The translations under genes and the position numbers were made by a program. A stretch of DNA of 64,000 nucleotides. It comes from a virus. Below the pieces are notes generated by a model that saw nothing but the letters and a program-made list of their open reading frames with translations, was not told the DNA's origin and ran no database searches. The stretch spans positions 1-64,000 of the IMG/VR virus record IMGVR_UViG_3300046657_000006; one strand, 5' to 3'. Below, piece by piece: positions 61,151 through 64,000 of this stretch (positions within the stretch are counted from its first letter, which is position 1; the number at the start of each line of letters is the position of its first letter).

Positions 61151-62000
61151 AACATCTGGCGTTTATCTCATTTTGAACACTCTTAATAGTCGAATTTATA
61201 TTGGGTCTGCGATAGACGTTCAAAAGCGTTGGAAAGAGCATCGAGGGACTTTACGAAAAGGGACGCATGTAAATCGCCACTTGCAGCGAGCGTTTTCTAA
61301 ATATAGTGAGGCTGCTTTTGAGATATTAATGCTGGAATATACCCTTCCCCACAAAGATGCTTTAATGATGAGAGAGCAACATTACTTAGACTGGCTACAG
61401 CCCTTCGGCTCTGACGGATACAACATTTGCAGAAAAGCTGGCTCTGTTTTAGGTGTAAAACGTTCTCTTAAGCACCGTGAGCAAATACGACAACGCATGA
61501 TTGGAAACATCCCGTGGAACAAGGGCAAAAAACGTCCGCCTTTTTCAGATGAGTGGAGGCGTAAGATGGGACGGCCCGGCGAGTCAAACCCGTTTTATGG
61601 GAAACAGCATTCTGTTAAGACGCGAACAATCCTTAGTGTTAAGGCTACCGAGCGGCTAAGTGACCCAACCAAGAATCCTATGTACGGGACTCACTTGCCA
61701 AGCGAAAAGAATGGAATGTTTGGAAAAACGCACCCCCCTGAAGTTCGAGAACGCATGGCGGTCAACAAGGGCAAAAAATTCAGCCCCGAAGTGCGTGAAA
61801 AGATGCGTTTAGGGCAAAGGGATGGACACAAATCTTCTACTCCTGTAATCCAAATGGACATGCAGGGTAATGAATTAACGCGATATCCGTCTGCCCCTAA
61901 AGCAGCAATAGCGGTCGGCACGTCACTATCTAATCTACGGTGTTGCTTGTTAGGTAGAAGTTCTACCGCCAAAGGCTATAAGTGGAGATATGCAGAATGA
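61137..62000 (+). CDS. GIY-YIG homing endonuclease with NUMOD3/NUMOD1 repeats
   Basis: SGVYLI...IYIGSA...RWKEH...REQHYLD...GYNI; NPFYGKQHS and NGMFGKTH repeats; TAKGYKWRY. Confidence 0.9.
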   Translation: MEQLKTSGVYLILNTLNSRIYIGSAIDVQKRWKEHRGTLRKGTHVNRHLQRAFSKYSEAAFEILMLEYTLPHKDALMMREQHYLDWLQPFGSDGYNICRKAGSVLGVKRSLKHREQIRQRMIGNIPWNKGKKRPPFSDEWRRKMGRPGESNPFYGKQHSVKTRTILSVKATERLSDPTKNPMYGTHLPSEKNGMFGKTHPPEVRERMAVNKGKKFSPEVREKMRLGQRDGHKSSTPVIQMDMQGNELTRYPSAPKAAIAVGTSLSNLRCCLLGRSSTAKGYKWRYAE

Positions 62001-62518
62001 TCTTGATCTCCCCCTACGCCGCCAAGTTAAGAGACAGGGAAGGCATCAACCCCAAAAACTATCCCCACTGGTTACAACTCGTTGCGCTCTTAAAGCACCG
62101 CCGCTACCAAACCACTCAGATAGGTGTCTCGGGCGAAGAACGCATAACGGGCGTGGATTACTTTGTTGTCGATAAGCCCTTGGCTGAAATCGCAAGAATG
62201 GCTAGCAACGCGGAACTCGTAATCTCCGTAGATAGCTTCTTGCCCCACTTGTGTCACGCAGAGAAAATCAAGACGCCTGTGATAACGATTTTTGGGCAAA
62301 GTGATCCTCTCGTTTTTGGCTATCCCGATCACGTCACACTACTCAAAGACCGCAAGTATCTTCGCGAGCTTCAGTTTCGACCGTGGGAAGAAGCGACTTA
62401 TGATCCAGATGCGTTTGTGATGCCCGTGGAAGTCGTAAAAGTAGTAGACGAGTTATACCATTCCGGCAAGCTACTAAAATGCGTAAATGCAGGGTTCGCT
62501 TCATCTGCAAATGGCTAA
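61997..62518 (+). CDS. GT9 (heptosyltransferase-like) C-terminal domain protein
   Basis: ILISPY...KNYPHW...QIG...VISVDSFLPHL...IFGQSDP..FGYP. Confidence 0.8.
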   Translation: MILISPYAAKLRDREGINPKNYPHWLQLVALLKHRRYQTTQIGVSGEERITGVDYFVVDKPLAEIARMASNAELVISVDSFLPHLCHAEKIKTPVITIFGQSDPLVFGYPDHVTLLKDRKYLRELQFRPWEEATYDPDAFVMPVEVVKVVDELYHSGKLLKCVNAGFASSANG

Positions 62519-63005
62519 TACCCTCCGCGCCCTCAATCCCGCCACAGAGCAAGAGTTATTCTGCGAAGCGTTCAACTGGCGTACAAGCCCAAAGAAACAC
62601 ACCCGCGTAGACCGGATGCCTTTTGAGCAATTCTCTGCCGACTACTCAAATCAGGTGGTAATGGGGTTGTTCAATGGGGAACTTTGCGCGGTCTATATGT
62701 TCATTGAAGTTGCTCCGAAGGAATTTGAGGCGCATTTTAGCTCACGAAAAGACGCTTCTCATGCCGATGTATTTGCAGGAGCGAAGACAATGGTTGATTG
62801 GTTTCACTCTCAGGGAGCAGTGATAACGGCGTCAATTGTTGAACGAAACCGCCCTTTGAGAGCCTTTGTTGAGTCTCTTGGATTCGTGCTTGAAAAAACT
62901 GCTTGCCAAGAAGTTAAAGTAAAGGGTAAGGTAGAGTCCGTTAAATACTTGTCACGGATGGATTACCACGATCAGCCTAACGGCACGCTACGTCAGTCGC
63001 CTTAA
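62511..63005 (+). CDS. GNAT-like protein (P22 gp14/T7 gp13-like position)
   Basis: FEAHF...ITASIVERNRPLRAFVESLGFV; lies before the small ejection protein. Confidence 0.55.
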   Translation: MANTLRALNPATEQELFCEAFNWRTSPKKHTRVDRMPFEQFSADYSNQVVMGLFNGELCAVYMFIEVAPKEFEAHFSSRKDASHADVFAGAKTMVDWFHSQGAVITASIVERNRPLRAFVESLGFVLEKTACQEVKVKGKVESVKYLSRMDYHDQPNGTLRQSP

Positions 63006-63056
63006 CCCCCACATTCAACGCGGGCAAAGATTCCTGTCTTTGGGAGGCCAAGTCTA

Positions 63057-63518
63057 ATGGGTCTCAGTGGAAGCTCGCAAAAGCAGAATACCAACAACGC
63101 GACGACCAGTACCTACGGTTATCAAACGCCGCCTTCTACTCCAGACATCGACAAATTACGCAACACTCAATTTGAGGTTGATCCGGGCATAGCAGCCCAA
63201 TATGGCCGTCAGCGTAATGACCTTCGATCCAGCTTCCAACAGCCCACAGGCGCGTTTTTAAGTCCACAAGTAAGAGATGCCCAGCTTCGTTCAGGAATGG
63301 AACGCCTAGGCCGTGATGAAGCTCAAGCAAGTCGAGAGGGAACCTTTGATAAAAACAGGCTGGAGTACGGGCGCAATTCAGCAGTTGCAGGGTTAACCGC
63401 CCCCCAGCTAACCCAGACGGGTAGCACGAGTTCTGGATCGGGTACGATTACACAAAATCCAAGTCCTTTTTCAACCGCGCTTGGTGTGGGTTCTGCCCTC
63501 GCGCCTTTGTCTCTGTGA
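63057..63518 (+). CDS. Small ejection/pilot protein
   Basis: MGLSGSSQKQ start, S/T/G-rich, hydrophobic Gly/Ala C-terminus; GGAGG RBS. Confidence 0.55.
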   Translation: MGLSGSSQKQNTNNATTSTYGYQTPPSTPDIDKLRNTQFEVDPGIAAQYGRQRNDLRSSFQQPTGAFLSPQVRDAQLRSGMERLGRDEAQASREGTFDKNRLEYGRNSAVAGLTAPQLTQTGSTSSGSGTITQNPSPFSTALGVGSALAPLSL

Positions 63519-63533
63519 TCAGGAGAAGCAGTT

Positions 63534-64000
63534 ATGCCTCTTAATTCGACCTATGTAAAAGATGTCGCGGTGACTAACGCGGATAAGACTATCACTGTCT
63601 CGGAAGACGTAATTACCTTCACGATAGCCAGCGGTCAGATAGCGACACTTCCTCCAGCGAAAGACTGCATCAACACGCCTCAGACGGCAAAGATAATCAT
63701 TAACGCGGGCGGATCAGGCGGTAATTTAACTATTGCGGCTCCGTCGGGTAACACACTGATTGGGCAGGATACATTGCTTCCCGGCGCGACGGCTTTAGTC
63801 AACGCGATGCGAGCGACGGTCTGGTCGTCAACGGGTGGATCGGGTGCTCAAGGTGCTTCAGGGTACTCCGGTTATTCAGCTTACTCTGGCTTCAGCGGAG
63901 CGTCTGGATTTAGTGGGTTCAGTGGAATTTCCGGCAAGTCTGGATTCAGTGGTTACAGCGGAATTTCAGGATTCAGTGGATATTCGGGAATCAGCGGATT
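63534..64000 (+). CDS. Second (Gly-X-Ser)n collagen-like fibre protein, truncated by the window end
   Basis: Manual translation from the ATG at 63534 (AGGAG RBS): MPLNSTYVKD...GASGYSGYSAYSGFSGASGFSGFSGISGKSGFSGYSG..., open to the end of the window. Confidence 0.8.
   Translation, partial: MPLNSTYVKDVAVTNADKTITVSEDVITFTIASGQIATLPPAKDCINTPQTAKIIINAGGSGGNLTIAAPSGNTLIGQDTLLPGATALVNAMRATVWSSTGGSGAQGASGYSGYSAYSGFSGASGFSGFSGISGKSGFSGYSGISGFSGYSGISG

Larger units (their letters stand above)
1..64000. mobile_element. Tailed bacteriophage genome segment (podovirus-like), free phage or prophage
   Basis: TerS, TerL, portal, putative capsid, ejection-like proteins, phage recombination and replication genes. 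No host housekeeping operons; dense small ORFs with overlapping starts and stops. Confidence 0.95.

Noticed and set aside
61137-62000. Group I intron carrying the GIY-YIG gene
   Set aside because: The ORF overlaps both neighbouring genes, leaving no non-coding space for a ribozyme core.
1-64000. Diversity-generating retroelement, retron or stop-codon reassignment
   Set aside because: No reverse transcriptase and no TR/VR pair seen; long genes are intact in the standard code and use all three stop codons.
1-64000. Integration/lysogeny module and endolysin
   Set aside because: No integrase, CI-type repressor or clear endolysin was recognised; they may lie outside the window, so lifestyle cannot be called.

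Overview
The window is essentially all tailed-phage DNA (Caudoviricetes, podovirus-like: terminase, portal, capsid and ejection-type proteins, with no tape-measure protein seen). It is probably most of one genome. Layout: (i) about 1-1.7 kb, small + strand genes ending at a terminator; (ii) about 1.7-16.7 kb, a - strand early arm with a DEDD exonuclease, an SNF2 helicase-DNA methyltransferase fusion, a DnaN beta-clamp, VRR-NUC/NinG/NinB-like nucleases, an ssDNA-annealing protein and many small accessory genes; (iii) a divergent promoter at about 16.65-16.72 kb, then + strand genes for an RHH regulator, a short replication initiator containing DnaA boxes, TerS and accessory genes; (iv) about 27-64 kb, the virion module, interrupted by four free-standing homing endonucleases. 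No integrase, CRISPR array, rRNA or canonical tRNA was found. Most notable: a 2025-aa multi-domain glycosyltransferase/methyltransferase plus a split GT9, sitting between (Gly-X-Ser)n collagen-like virion proteins (candidate virion glycosylation system); a fixed-geometry 56-bp repeat and shared translation-start modules bounding accessory genes (candidate cassette-shuffling system); two tandem tRNA-like structured RNAs; and repeated leaderless promoters. All protein calls come from motif recognition by eye, not from database searches.
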